Of a DNA stretch of 64,000 bases, positions 42,701 through 52,725 are shown piece after piece. The notes beneath the pieces were generated by a model that saw only the letters and a program-made list of their open reading frames with translations, made no database searches and was not told the origin of the DNA. The position numbers were made by a program, and so were the translations under genes. Source of the DNA: a bacterium (GTDB taxonomy: Bacteria; UBA8248). The first letter of the stretch is position 1, and each line of letters begins with the position of its first letter. The stretch spans positions 512,001 through 576,000 of the forward strand of contig CBDCRP010000003.1 in the NCBI GenBank assembly GCA_965221165.1. Reading direction: 5' to 3'.

Positions 42701-43675
42701 TCAGGGGGTCAAGACGACTTTGCCCAAAAACTGACCCTCCAGAACATAATCATGCGCTTCGTTCGCATCCTCGAAACTCGACGTTTTATCGACGTTGACT
42801 CGGAACGCGCTCTCGCGCAGCAAAGGCGTGAAGCGGCGCACCAACTCCGGCATTTTCGGAAACAGGTTCACCACGGCCAATCCCAGCACCACGGCGTCTT
42901 TGGTCATGACGGCCGGAACCCGAAATTCCGCACCCGGGCCTTTCCCGGTACCCGTACCGATGACGATAATTTTTCCGTCCACGCGGATGGCGTCTAAATC
43001 CTTATCGAAATTATCGCAGGCGCAAAGCTCGACGACGACGTCGACGCCGCGTCCACCCGTGAGTTCCATGCAACGCTCGGCAAAATCTTCTTCGCGGTAA
43101 TTGATCGTCTCATCCGCGCCCATCTCCTTGCAGAATTTCGCCTTCTTATCGGAGCTCACCGTCGCGAAAACCCGGCACCCCAGGCGCTTGGCGAGTTGAA
43201 CCGCCGCCATTCCGACGCCTCCCGCACCGCCTTGAATCAGCACCGTCTCGCCCGGGCCCGCCTGCGCCTTTATGACGAGCGCGTTCCAGGCCGTATAGAA
43301 CGCCACCGTGATGCACGCCCCCTCTTCATAAGAGTAAGACTCGGACAATTCCGCCGTCGCATCCGCTACGAGCCGTACATTCTCGGCGTAGCTTCCGCCC
43401 ATGGCGCGGCCATACACACGCTGCCCGATCCGCCATCCCTCCACGCCATCTCCCAAAGCGACAATTTCTCCCGCCGCCTCGGCTCCTGGCACATAAGGCG
43501 GCGTAACCAGCTTGGCATAAGGGTGTTTAGCCGCCCTTATGGCCAAATCCACCGGGTTCACGCCTACGGCGCCTGCTTTTATCAGCACTTCTCCGGGTTG
43601 TGGCTTCGCGTCTTCCACGTCATCCACCCGCATGGGAACATCCATATTGAATTCATGTACGCGCACTGCTTTCAT
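42701..43675 (-). CDS. NADPH:quinone oxidoreductase, tandem paralog
   Basis: MKAVRV, GVNPVD, LIQGGAGGVG, GKVVL. Confidence 0.9.
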   Translation of the reverse strand: MKAVRVHEFNMDVPMRVDDVEDAKPQPGEVLIKAGAVGVNPVDLAIRAAKHPYAKLVTPPYVPGAEAAGEIVALGDGVEGWRIGQRVYGRAMGGSYAENVRLVADATAELSESYSYEEGACITVAFYTAWNALVIKAQAGPGETVLIQGGAGGVGMAAVQLAKRLGCRVFATVSSDKKAKFCKEMGADETINYREEDFAERCMELTGGRGVDVVVELCACDNFDKDLDAIRVDGKIIVIGTGTGKGPGAEFRVPAVMTKDAVVLGLAVVNLFPKMPELVRRFTPLLRESAFRVNVDKTSSFEDANEAHDYVLEGQFLGKVVLTP

Positions 43676-43768
43676 CGGAATTTTCACTCCTCGGTTTGGG
43701 GAACCAACTTAAAATATCGGGTAGCGAAAAGGGTTCGGCCCATATCTCATAGAGGCATACGGCAAAAC

Positions 43769-44623
43769 CTAATAATCCTGCGACCAGTTGTTACGGCGCT
43801 TCTCGCCCGCATCGCACGGTGGGGCCATTCTGGATATTAAACCAGGGGTTCGTTTCGTGTCCCGCACTTCATGCGCCTGAAACGGCTTTTGCGGCGCCGG
43901 CGAGCCGACAATCTCCAGGATCAGCTTTCTCCTGATGGCGCGTCCGAAAGACCTGAAATCATTTGCGACCACCAGGAAAGAACGCCTGCCCCCGATAACG
44001 CATTTTCTATAGTATAAATCCAAATTCGGCATCGGCATTCTTCCCCAGGGGCTCGGCCGGTTATTCATGATCGGAAGGCCGTTTATCGTCACCCCCGCCC
44101 GTATAGCCTTTTCCCGCGCCGTGGTCACGTAATCTCCGCTGTTGTTCGGCCCATCGCCGGAAATATCGATGACGCGACGCTCACTCGTGAATCCGTTGTC
44201 CCCGAACATCGGCAGGGCGAATTCTATCGCGCCGCTGATTGATGTGTAGGGCCCCACCCCCACGGGTTTTTCAGAGAGCAGGGAGGCGAACTCCTCGGCG
44301 CTCGCTTTATCATGAACTTGCCTCCAGCCCACTACGCTTTGCTGAAAATCGAATCCGGCCCATTCCATATAGGTAACCGCAATGCGCTTGTACCGTCCGG
44401 ATTGGATGGCTTGCAAAACAGACGGGGAGCGAAAGGCGTTCACATATCCCATCCGCTGGAGCTTTCCCTCTTCTTCATCCACACTTCCGGAAACATCGAC
44501 GGCCAGGACGAGTTCCAAATCCACGCTGACTTCAGCAGACCATGCGAAACCCGCATGCAGAGGAATCGCCAAGGTGGTCATCAGGACCACCAACCCAATT
44601 CGCATGGACGGATAGCTCAACAC
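43769..44623 (-). CDS. DUF1194 (vWA-like) exported protein
   Basis: Signal peptide, VDLELVLAVDVSGSVD, RVIDISGDGPNN, INGLPI, CVIGG, AIRRKLILEI. Confidence 0.87.
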   Translation of the reverse strand: MLSYPSMRIGLVVLMTTLAIPLHAGFAWSAEVSVDLELVLAVDVSGSVDEEEGKLQRMGYVNAFRSPSVLQAIQSGRYKRIAVTYMEWAGFDFQQSVVGWRQVHDKASAEEFASLLSEKPVGVGPYTSISGAIEFALPMFGDNGFTSERRVIDISGDGPNNSGDYVTTAREKAIRAGVTINGLPIMNNRPSPWGRMPMPNLDLYYRKCVIGGRRSFLVVANDFRSFGRAIRRKLILEIVGSPAPQKPFQAHEVRDTKRTPGLISRMAPPCDAGEKRRNNWSQDY

Positions 44624-44662
44624 TTCTCCCGACTTTTCGGGTTTTCGTAAATCATCGGAGAA

Positions 44663-45679
44663 TCATTTCTTTTCCAAAACACCAGACGCGGATTCTAATT
44701 CCAGGCGAATCTGTTCAATCAAAGAAGCATACATGTAGTTTTCGGTGAACAATTCCTCGGTTTCCTCCTTCACTTCCTTGTGATTGCCCAAGGCATAGTC
44801 ACAACGAGCAATCCGCCACTCCGAAAACTGCCGATACAGTTTCAAAATGTCACTTTTGGGCCGATTCAATCGCGACTTCAATTTTACGTATTCCGCCCGC
44901 GCGCGAGGATAATCATCTGTCAAAAAAAAGCTTTCCGCATATGCAATGTCGTACAAGAGATTCTTCGGATAGCGCGCACGCAGGAACTCGACATCTTTTC
45001 TCGCCTGTCGGAATTTTTCCGCCCGGTATAGCGCCCATATAAGAGCTAACCGCGCCGAGTTGGAAATCCAGCCATGTCCATCGACCGCGCGGCGCAGATA
45101 GGTTCTGCCCAATTCGCTCGTATCGCCTATGAGAAACCGGAACATTCTGACCCAGCTTTCGGTGCTTCCCCTGATATGATAAATCCCCAGCCCGTAGTAG
45201 GCGTCATGGAGTTTCGGATCCAGTTCGACCGCTTTTTCCAGGTATTTCTGCATAGAACCGGCCCGCAAGAACGCGGAGAAATAGCTGCTATTATCAAGGG
45301 CGTCAACAATCCGCATGCCTTCCGTCAGACCGGCAATGAGAAGCGCTCTTGTGTCTTTTGGGTTTTCGTTCAACAAATCCTTGGCGAGGGAGAGTGCTTT
45401 ATCGGCATTTTTCCGCCAGTTCTGACGATAGACCTTGCGTTGTATATGCCCTTTCAGGATATGAAAAACAGACGCCTTGAAAAAATACCCCTCCGGGCGC
45501 TGCGGCGATGATGTTGTAATACGAGTAAATGTATTCAGCGCGGCCGAATAATCGCCGGCGGCAACTTGCTCAAGTCCAATATCGGCCGATTTCTCATCCA
45601 GAGGCGCACCATAAGATACATTCGCCGGCGCCAGGAGAATAACGAAAAAAACAAATGCTCTCATATAATGGCGAATCAT
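44663..45679 (-). CDS. Exported TPR-like helical repeat protein
   Basis: Signal peptide, LEKAVELDPKLHDAYYGLG; GGAGG before ATG at 45679. Confidence 0.72.
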   Translation of the reverse strand: MIRHYMRAFVFFVILLAPANVSYGAPLDEKSADIGLEQVAAGDYSAALNTFTRITTSSPQRPEGYFFKASVFHILKGHIQRKVYRQNWRKNADKALSLAKDLLNENPKDTRALLIAGLTEGMRIVDALDNSSYFSAFLRAGSMQKYLEKAVELDPKLHDAYYGLGIYHIRGSTESWVRMFRFLIGDTSELGRTYLRRAVDGHGWISNSARLALIWALYRAEKFRQARKDVEFLRARYPKNLLYDIAYAESFFLTDDYPRARAEYVKLKSRLNRPKSDILKLYRQFSEWRIARCDYALGNHKEVKEETEELFTENYMYASLIEQIRLELESASGVLEKK

Positions 45680-45818
45680 CGATCCTCCAATGGACAAGAC
45701 CCCGGCGACCGTATCCAAAATGGGGCGAGCGTCTCCATCAACCACGGTTTGCCCGCGCTCAGGATTAGGCCTATCGTAGTATCGATGATTAGGATATTTC
45801 AACCATGGCGAGTTGATA

Positions 45819-47144
45819 ATGTCGAGTATAAAGCCTCCGAAAGCGGCGATTCAGATTATCCAAACCCTACAGAACCTGGGGTACAGAGCGCTTCTTGCGG
45901 GAGGATGCGTGCGGGACGCCCTTCTGGGCAATGAACCGAAAGACTGGGATATCGCCACGGATGCAACGCCGGAAATCGTGCAGGGCTGTTTCGAGAAAAC
46001 CATCGCGGTGGGAGCGCAGTTCGGTGTGGTGCTCGTACAGGTGGGTGGCCATGAGTTTGAAGTTGCCCAATTCCGGGAAGATGGCGCCTATAACGACGGG
46101 AGACGTCCCGGTTCGGTTCTCCCCTCCGATGAAAAGGGAGATGCGAGGCGGCGCGATTTTACGATCAACGGGATGTTTTATGACGTATCGGAAGACCGGG
46201 TACTCGATTATGTCGACGGCCTGCGTGATATAGACAACAAAATCATCCGGGCCATCGGTGAGCCGAACCTGAGGTTCGGGGAAGATCATTTGCGAATGAT
46301 GCGAGCGGTGCGTTTCGCGGCGAGGTTCGGTTTCACCCTCGAGGCGGGGACTGCCTCCGCCATCGAAGCCAATGCAAGTCACATCGAGAAGATAAGCGCG
46401 GAGAGGATTCGCGAGGAACTCACGATGATGCTGATTCAAAAGAATTCCGACCGCGCTTTCTCCATGCTCGATTCTCTGGGGCTCCTGAAACACGTACTGC
46501 CCGAAATCGCCGCCATGAAGGGGGTGGCGCAACCGCCGGAATTTCACCCCGAAGGGGATGTATGGGAACATGTCCTCCGCATATTGCACATCAAGCGTTC
46601 CACTTCGCCGGTGCTCTCCTGGGGCGTATTGCTTCATGATGTCGGAAAACCCGCCACGTATACGGAAACCGACAGAATCCGCTTCAACGGACACGACAAG
46701 ATGGGTGCGGCGATGAGCCTCGACATTTGCGAGAGGCTTCGCATGTCGAGAGCGCGTGCATCGAGAATCCGGGAGTTGGTCGCCAACCACATGCGTTTCA
46801 TGCACGTGGAAAAAATGAGGGACAGCCGCTTGAAGCGATTCTTGCGCGAACCTTATTTCGAGGAATTGCTGGAACTCCACCGCATCGATTGCCTCGCCAG
46901 CCACGGGAATTTAAGGACCTATGAATTCTGCACCGAAAAACTCCGTGAGCTTCAAGAGGAATCCCTCCGCCCGCCGCGCTTGATCGATGGTCACGAACTC
47001 ATGAAAATGGGCTATCCGCCGGGTCCGAAGCTGGGAGAAATTCTCGTTGCGATCGAAGATGAGCAACTCGAAGGGCGCATTTCCACGACGGAGCAGGCCA
47101 AGAGCTTCGCAAGGCGAAACTTCCCCATTCCGAAAAATGATTGA
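45819..47144 (+). CDS. cca: CCA tRNA nucleotidyltransferase with HD domain
   Basis: GGCVRDALLG..KDWDIAT, RRDFTING, EDHLRMMRAVRF, HPEGDVWEH, LHDVGK. Confidence 0.9.
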   Translation: MSSIKPPKAAIQIIQTLQNLGYRALLAGGCVRDALLGNEPKDWDIATDATPEIVQGCFEKTIAVGAQFGVVLVQVGGHEFEVAQFREDGAYNDGRRPGSVLPSDEKGDARRRDFTINGMFYDVSEDRVLDYVDGLRDIDNKIIRAIGEPNLRFGEDHLRMMRAVRFAARFGFTLEAGTASAIEANASHIEKISAERIREELTMMLIQKNSDRAFSMLDSLGLLKHVLPEIAAMKGVAQPPEFHPEGDVWEHVLRILHIKRSTSPVLSWGVLLHDVGKPATYTETDRIRFNGHDKMGAAMSLDICERLRMSRARASRIRELVANHMRFMHVEKMRDSRLKRFLREPYFEELLELHRIDCLASHGNLRTYEFCTEKLRELQEESLRPPRLIDGHELMKMGYPPGPKLGEILVAIEDEQLEGRISTTEQAKSFARRNFPIPKND

Positions 47145-47210
47145 TTGATCCGCCCAACCATAAGCACTAGGATGCGGTGAATCGGTTTCCGACAACTCCG
47201 GGTATCCTCC

Positions 47211-47744
47211 ATGTCTGCAATATCCATCATGACGGCGCAAGAGCTTGAATTATCGCTGAAAAGAATCGCCTCCGAGATGATGGAGGCATGCGCTGCGGAT
47301 AAGAACATCGCCTTGGTCGGGGTGCTCACCCGGGGAGAACCGCTGGCCAGACGGCTCAAGCAGCATATCGAAGAACTCGAAAACATTGCCCCCCCTCTCG
47401 GCGCGCTCGACATCGGGGTTCACCGGGACGATGCGGGACACCCCACGGAAGGACGCGGTTTCGAACCCACCCTCATTGATTTCGACATGACGGATCGCCA
47501 GGTCTTTCTGGTCGACGACGTGTTTTTCACGGGCAGGACCGTGCGCGCGGCCCTGGACGCCATGATGGAGATGGGGCGGCCCAGGAAAATCTGGCTCGCC
47601 GCCCTGATCGACCGGGGACACAGGGAGCTTCCGTTCCGGCCCGACTTCATCGGCAAGAACGTGCCCACCTCCCTTCAGGAGCACATCCAGGTCCGGATGC
47701 GGGAGGTGGATGGCGAGGACGGCGTGTGGCTCCTGAAAAAATAA
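47211..47744 (+). CDS. pyrR: Second PyrR-family phosphoribosyltransferase
   Basis: GVLTRG, HRDD, LVDDVFFTGRT, IDRGHRELPFRPDFIGKNVPT. Confidence 0.88.
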   Translation: MSAISIMTAQELELSLKRIASEMMEACAADKNIALVGVLTRGEPLARRLKQHIEELENIAPPLGALDIGVHRDDAGHPTEGRGFEPTLIDFDMTDRQVFLVDDVFFTGRTVRAALDAMMEMGRPRKIWLAALIDRGHRELPFRPDFIGKNVPTSLQEHIQVRMREVDGEDGVWLLKK

Positions 47745-47770
47745 CCTCTCCTCAAAGGTGAAAATTCTCT

Positions 47771-47865
47771 ATAACCACATATATATCAATAAGTTAAATT
47801 TTCACTTATTTTCAGATATTTTCCCCTTTTTTCCCCCTTTTTTCCCCCTTTTTTTCAGATATTTC
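47771..47865. repeat. IHF-consensus site followed by phased T-tracts (copy B)
   Basis: TATCAATAAGTTA at 47784-47796; T-tracts at 10-11 bp period; 22-mer identical to 1333-1354. Confidence 0.7.
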
Positions 47866-47898
47866 GGATGGCCTCGACGCACCGGCTCGCGGCGCGAT

Positions 47899-48093
47899 TC
47901 ACGGACGTTGCGGGACTTGGGCGCCCCCGCATGCGGGTTCTTTTGGCGTGGGGGGTGGTGACGCGGACTCTCTCCCGCTCCTGGGCGCTGCGGCCGCCGC
48001 GCTGGATGGAACGCGGTGAACCGATGCGGCGGCCTTTGCGACGCTCCCATGCCCGGCCACTTCCTTGAAGATATCGAGCCCAACCAGATTCAT
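47899..48093 (-). pseudogene. LysR-family regulator remnant (partial HTH only)
   Basis: MNLVGLDIFKEVAGHGSVAKAAASVHRVPSS then loss of similarity; divergent from the NMO gene. Confidence 0.65.
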
Positions 48094-48370
48094 CTTGCGC
48101 GACCCCCGAAGACTCGTGACGATTGCGTCCTCCGTATTTCACTTTTCAAGAATATGAAGAAACCCTATACTCGGGACATGGAGAGCCCGGGCCCAAGTCG
48201 CGGGGAGCGCAGCGAAAACCGTCCCTTCACGGCGCGTCGCCCCGGCCGCCTGGCGCCCTGCGGCGCACCGGAAGGACGTGTCTTCGTGGCCTCGGCCCCG
48301 CTGCCGGTTCGAGGAGCGTCGACCGGAATCAGGCCCTGCATCACACACCCGGCGCCTATGAGGACTCGCG

Positions 48371-49489
48371 ATGTCATCTTCTGATCACGCTCTCGGGGAT
48401 ACCTGGCCGGACCGGAGACTGCTCGATCTGGCCGGCGTCGAGCGGCCGCTGATTCAGGCGCCCATGGCGGGCTCCAGCGGTTCCGCCATGGCGATCGCGG
48501 TCTGCGAGGCTGGAGGGCTCGGTTCGCTGCCCTGCGCGATGCTCGACGTCGCCGCCGCGCGCGCGGAGATCGGGGTCATCCAGGAACGCACGACGCGGCC
48601 GTTGAACGTCAATTTCTTCTGTCACCCGACTCCCGGGCCCGATCCCGATCGCGAAGCGGGGTGGAAGGCGCGACTGGCCGCCTACTATGTCGAACTCGGC
48701 CTGGATCCCACCGGCGCCGCCCCGGCTGCGAGTCGGACCCCGTTTGACGACGGGATGTGTGAGGTCGTCGAAGACCTCGAGCCCGAAGTCGTCAGCTTTC
48801 ACTTCGGGCTTCCGGAGAAGACGCTCCTTCGCCGCGTGAAGGCGGCCGGATGCGCGGTGCTGAGCTCCGCGACGACGGTGGAAGAAGCTCGCTGGCTCGA
48901 GGACCACGGTTGCGACGCAATAATCGCCCAGGGTTACGAGGCGGGGGGGCACCGCGGGATGTTTCTCACCGATGATCTCGCGACGCAGGTGGGCACGCTC
49001 GCGCTGGTCCCGCAGGTCGTGGACGCGGTCCGTGTGCCGGTGATTGCCGCCGGCGGCATCGCCGATGGGCGCGGTATCGCCGCGGCGCTCGTCCTGGGCG
49101 CGTCGGCCGCTCAAATCGGCACCGCCTACCTGTTCACGCCGGAGTCCCTGATTTCCGATCTGCACCGAACCGCCCTGGGCCGATCACGCGACTACCCGAC
49201 GGCGCTGACGAACGTCTTCTCCGGCCGGCCGGCGCGTGGCCTGATGAATCGAATCGTGGAAGAGGTCGGGCCCATGTCCGGCGAAGCCCCGGCGTTTCCG
49301 ACGGCCGGCGGCGCCCTCGCCCCGTTGAGGTCGAAAGCCGAGGCCGCGGGCGTTTCCGACTTCTCCCCCCTCTGGGCCGGGCAGGCCGTGGGACTGGGTC
49401 GCAGACTCGGCGCCGGCGATCTGACGCGCGAACTGGCCGCCGGCGCGCAGCGGGTACTCGGCTCGCTATCCCCGGGAAGACGGTGCTGA
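48371..49489 (+). CDS. Nitronate monooxygenase (2-nitropropane dioxygenase) family
   Basis: IQAPMAG, VSFHFGLP, AQGYEAGGHRG, IAAGGIADGRG, LWAGQ. Confidence 0.92.
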   Translation: MSSSDHALGDTWPDRRLLDLAGVERPLIQAPMAGSSGSAMAIAVCEAGGLGSLPCAMLDVAAARAEIGVIQERTTRPLNVNFFCHPTPGPDPDREAGWKARLAAYYVELGLDPTGAAPAASRTPFDDGMCEVVEDLEPEVVSFHFGLPEKTLLRRVKAAGCAVLSSATTVEEARWLEDHGCDAIIAQGYEAGGHRGMFLTDDLATQVGTLALVPQVVDAVRVPVIAAGGIADGRGIAAALVLGASAAQIGTAYLFTPESLISDLHRTALGRSRDYPTALTNVFSGRPARGLMNRIVEEVGPMSGEAPAFPTAGGALAPLRSKAEAAGVSDFSPLWAGQAVGLGRRLGAGDLTRELAAGAQRVLGSLSPGRRC

Positions 49490-49752
49490 CCACGCTGGAC
49501 CGGCGCACGGCTCAACCTTGGCCGGCTGCAAGTGCAGGCGCGGCCGACGGCATCAAGTCGACCGGGGTTCCAGCCGCGCGAGATTTAACGAAGCGCCCAC
49601 AGCACACCTCGGAACGACTGCCAAAACCACTGGAAATGACTGCCCGGACCGATCGCGATCGCCGCCTGTGCGGTCGTAATCAGCCTCTCGGTGTGGATTG
49701 CCGGGTGGTGGCTCGCTCGGGGGCGCACATAAACGCCCCCTCGCGGAATCAT

Positions 49753-49784
49753 CGCAATCCCTCCCTCATCAGTCGGGATTGACC
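49753..49784 (-). repeat. GGTCA-hairpin repeat unit
   Basis: Minus strand ggtca-atccc-gactgatgaggga-gggat-tgcg. Confidence 0.75.
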
Positions 49785-49912
49785 CCGTTTTTCTCCCTAC
49801 CCCCGCATCCCCCACTTATTGTAAGATGCACCCTCCCGGCCAGTGGGACCGAGTGGTTTTCCGGCCCGGAACTCCATTCTCCCGTCGGCCTTGATAATGG
49901 GAGATACCGCCG

Positions 49913-50881
49913 ATGGCCCCCTCTCCCGAACTACCGGAGCGCCTTCTCGTCGCCGTGGGTGGCAACGCGACCCATCCGCCCGAAATCAGGGGCACGGCCG
50001 AAGAACAGGCCGCCATCGCCGAGGCGACGGGCCGCTCGCTCCTTCCCCTCATGAGGCTTGGCAACGAACTCATCGTCACGCACGGAAACGGCCCGGTCGT
50101 GGGAAAAATCCTGATGCGCCAGGCGATCTCGAGCGAGCAGGTGACCCCCATGACGCTCGACATCTGCGTCGCGCACAGCCAGGGGGGAATCGCCTATCTG
50201 CTCATGCAGGCGTTCGAAAACGCGCTGCGCCGGGCGGGCGACCCGCGCCACGTGGTCTGCCTCCTGACCCAGGTCGAAGTCGACCCCGGCGATCCGGCCT
50301 TCGGTGCGCCGACGAAGTTCGTGGGCTACACCTACACCGAAGATGAAGCCAGGCGATACGAACGCGAGATGGGCTGGACGATGCGAGAAGACTCCGGGCG
50401 CGGCTGGCGGCACGTGGTCGCCTCCCCGAAACCAAAGCACATCGTGGACATCTCGCTCATCCAGACCATAGCGCAAAGCGGCGCCGTGGTTATCGCAGGA
50501 GGAGGCGGGGGCATTCCCGTCGTGCGCGAGGCCGACGGCGCGCGCCGGGGGCTCGCTGCCGTCATCGACAAGGATTTGACTTCCGCGCTCATGGCGAACG
50601 TCTTGAAGATAGAGACCATGATGATCCTCACCGCCGTGCCCAGGGTGGCTATCCACTTCGGGACGCCGCAGCAGCGCGAACTGGAGCGGGTTTCGCTCTC
50701 TGAAATCAAAGAGTACCACGCCCAGGGCCACTTCCCGCCCGGCAGCATGGGCCCCAAGATAGAGGCGGCGGTTCGCTTTCTCGAAGGGGGCGGGGAGCGG
50801 GTCCATATCGCCGCTCTGGAGGACGCCGTCCCCGCCCTGCTCGGCGAGGCGGGAACCTGTATTTATAAGGATGAGGGGTGA
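49913..50881 (+). CDS. arcC: Carbamate kinase
   Basis: VAVGGNA, THGNGP, PTKFVG, VASP.P, GGGGIPV, VIDKDL, GSMGPKIEA. Confidence 0.94.
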   Translation: MAPSPELPERLLVAVGGNATHPPEIRGTAEEQAAIAEATGRSLLPLMRLGNELIVTHGNGPVVGKILMRQAISSEQVTPMTLDICVAHSQGGIAYLLMQAFENALRRAGDPRHVVCLLTQVEVDPGDPAFGAPTKFVGYTYTEDEARRYEREMGWTMREDSGRGWRHVVASPKPKHIVDISLIQTIAQSGAVVIAGGGGGIPVVREADGARRGLAAVIDKDLTSALMANVLKIETMMILTAVPRVAIHFGTPQQRELERVSLSEIKEYHAQGHFPPGSMGPKIEAAVRFLEGGGERVHIAALEDAVPALLGEAGTCIYKDEG

Positions 50882-50918
50882 CCCTCAGAGAGAGTGGAAG
50901 AGAGAGGAATTGCTCTCC

Positions 50919-51019
50919 GTAGGGGCGGACCTGCGTGTCCGCCCTTTGCGAGCGCCCATGAAGCCACCGCGCCATCGGGCCGAATTGAAAATCGGGCGGA
51001 CACGCAGGTCCGCCCCTAC
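50919..51019. repeat. REPIN-like inverted pair of GTAG REPs
   Basis: gtaggggcggacctgcgtgtccgccc (50919-50944) and its exact reverse complement (50994-51019). Confidence 0.88.
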
Positions 51020-51179
51020 GCCACTTCGAAAACCGCAACCGCTCATCATAAATCGGTATTCACCCCCCACCGGCGCGCCTTTGGACACGCGCTGCGAAGG
51101 GGTGCTACGTTTTTTCCCATAACGATTCCGGTTTCCATCCGCGCGCAAGGGCGCGCACGAGGCGAAAGGGGGTTTGGAC

Positions 51180-52283
51180 ATGCAGGCCGATCTGTTCCGC
51201 GTGGCGATGGATTCACCAGACGACATATCCGGCGTGGTCGCTCTCGTCGAGGAGGGAAAATGCCGCCCCGAAGAAATCGTCGGCATCATGGGGAAAACCG
51301 AGGGAAACGGCTGCGTGAACGATTTTTCCCGGGGATTCAGCAATTTCGTTCTGCTCGATTATTTCTCAAAGGCGATGGGAAAAGCGCGAGAAAAGGTGGA
51401 AGAACAGATCGCCCTCATCATGTCCGGCGGAACCGAGGGGGTCATGTGTCCCCATTTTTCGGTGTTCACCAAGTCCGCGAGCGGGCCGGGAGACGGAAGC
51501 GCAAAGCGCCTCGCCGTCGCCTCGGGCCATACGGCGGACTTTTTGCCGGAAGAAATGGGCAGGATGCCCCAGGTCCACGCGACGGCGGATCTCATCCGGC
51601 AATTGATGGAAGAGGCGCAAATCGATAGTGCTGCGGATCTGCATTTCGTGCAGGTGAAGTGCCCGCTCTTGACCGGAGATCGCATGGCGGACGCCTTTAG
51701 GCGCGGAAAGACGGTCTGCACCGAGGACACGTATAAGTCGATGGGGTACTCGCGCGGCGCCTCGGCGCTGGGCGTGGCTCTGGCGGCCGGCGAGGTGGAA
51801 GAGAGCCTCTTGAGCGACGACGTGGTTTGTAAGGACTGGTCCCTGCAATCGGGAGTCGCCTCGACTTCTGCGGGAATCGAACTGATGTGCAACGAGGCGA
51901 TGGTCATCGGCAACAGCGCGGCCTGGGGCGGAGAACTCGTCGTCGGCCACGGCGTCATGCAGGACGCCATCGACCGCGACGCGGTTCGAGACGCCATCGT
52001 GAACGCCGGGATTTCATTCGACTGGGCGCTCTCGCCCGAGGAACGCGCGCGAATCGTCAACGTATTCGCCAAATGCGAGGCCTCCCCCGACGGCCTGGTG
52101 CGGGGCCGCAGGCACACGATGCTCGACGATTCGGACATCAACAACACGCGCCACGCCCGCTCGGTGGTGAACGCCGTGGTCTCCTCGGTCGTCGGCGACA
52201 CGATGATGTACGTCTCGGGTGGTGCTGAGCACCAGGGCCCTCCCGGCGGCGGGCCCGTCGCGGCGGTCGTCCGGGCGGAGTAG
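51180..52283 (+). CDS. atzD: Cyanuric acid amidohydrolase / ring-opening amidohydrolase (AtzD/barbiturase family)
   Basis: GKTEGNGCVNDFSRG, MSGGTEG, VQVKCPLL, SMGYSRGASALG, STSAG, YVSGGAEHQGP (cyanuric-acid-hydrolase-like rather than barbiturase-like). Confidence 0.88.
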   Translation: MQADLFRVAMDSPDDISGVVALVEEGKCRPEEIVGIMGKTEGNGCVNDFSRGFSNFVLLDYFSKAMGKAREKVEEQIALIMSGGTEGVMCPHFSVFTKSASGPGDGSAKRLAVASGHTADFLPEEMGRMPQVHATADLIRQLMEEAQIDSAADLHFVQVKCPLLTGDRMADAFRRGKTVCTEDTYKSMGYSRGASALGVALAAGEVEESLLSDDVVCKDWSLQSGVASTSAGIELMCNEAMVIGNSAAWGGELVVGHGVMQDAIDRDAVRDAIVNAGISFDWALSPEERARIVNVFAKCEASPDGLVRGRRHTMLDDSDINNTRHARSVVNAVVSSVVGDTMMYVSGGAEHQGPPGGGPVAAVVRAE

Positions 52284-52463
52284 CGCATCTACATCACTGC
52301 GCTCGAAGTCGCCGTCCCCATCCTCCGCGGCGATACGGGCGCCTGTATTTATAAGGTCAAACACGATTGATGAATGAGTGTTTGCCGACCGAGGCGGGAG
52401 AAAAATCACTCCCCCCTTTTTTATAATCACTCTCCTCTTCTCGCTCGGGTTTGACGGTTTTGA

Positions 52464-52721
52464 CGTCATTCCGGTGTCAGACCCGACCAATGCGGGAGGG
52501 TTTGCGGAATCCATTGGTTTTGCCTTTGTTTTTTATTTCCTCATTGATTCCCGCGAATAACAGGGGGATGAAGATCCAAAGCATTGTCTTTCGGCTCGGC
52601 TCTGGATTCCGGCATGCGCCGGAATGACGGCGGTGGTGAATTCCGACCGAGGAGAGAGGTTATGCGAATCGTTGATTTCCTCATCTGTAAGCAATCGCTC
52701 CCTCTTCGGTCGCGATTGACC
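52464..52721. repeat. REP cluster (CGTC-type plus an inverted pair of GGTCA hairpins)
   Basis: ctggattccggcatgcgccggaatgacg at 52602-52629; hairpin units at 52635-52666 (+) and 52690-52721 (-). Confidence 0.75.
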
Positions 52722-52725
52722 TCGC

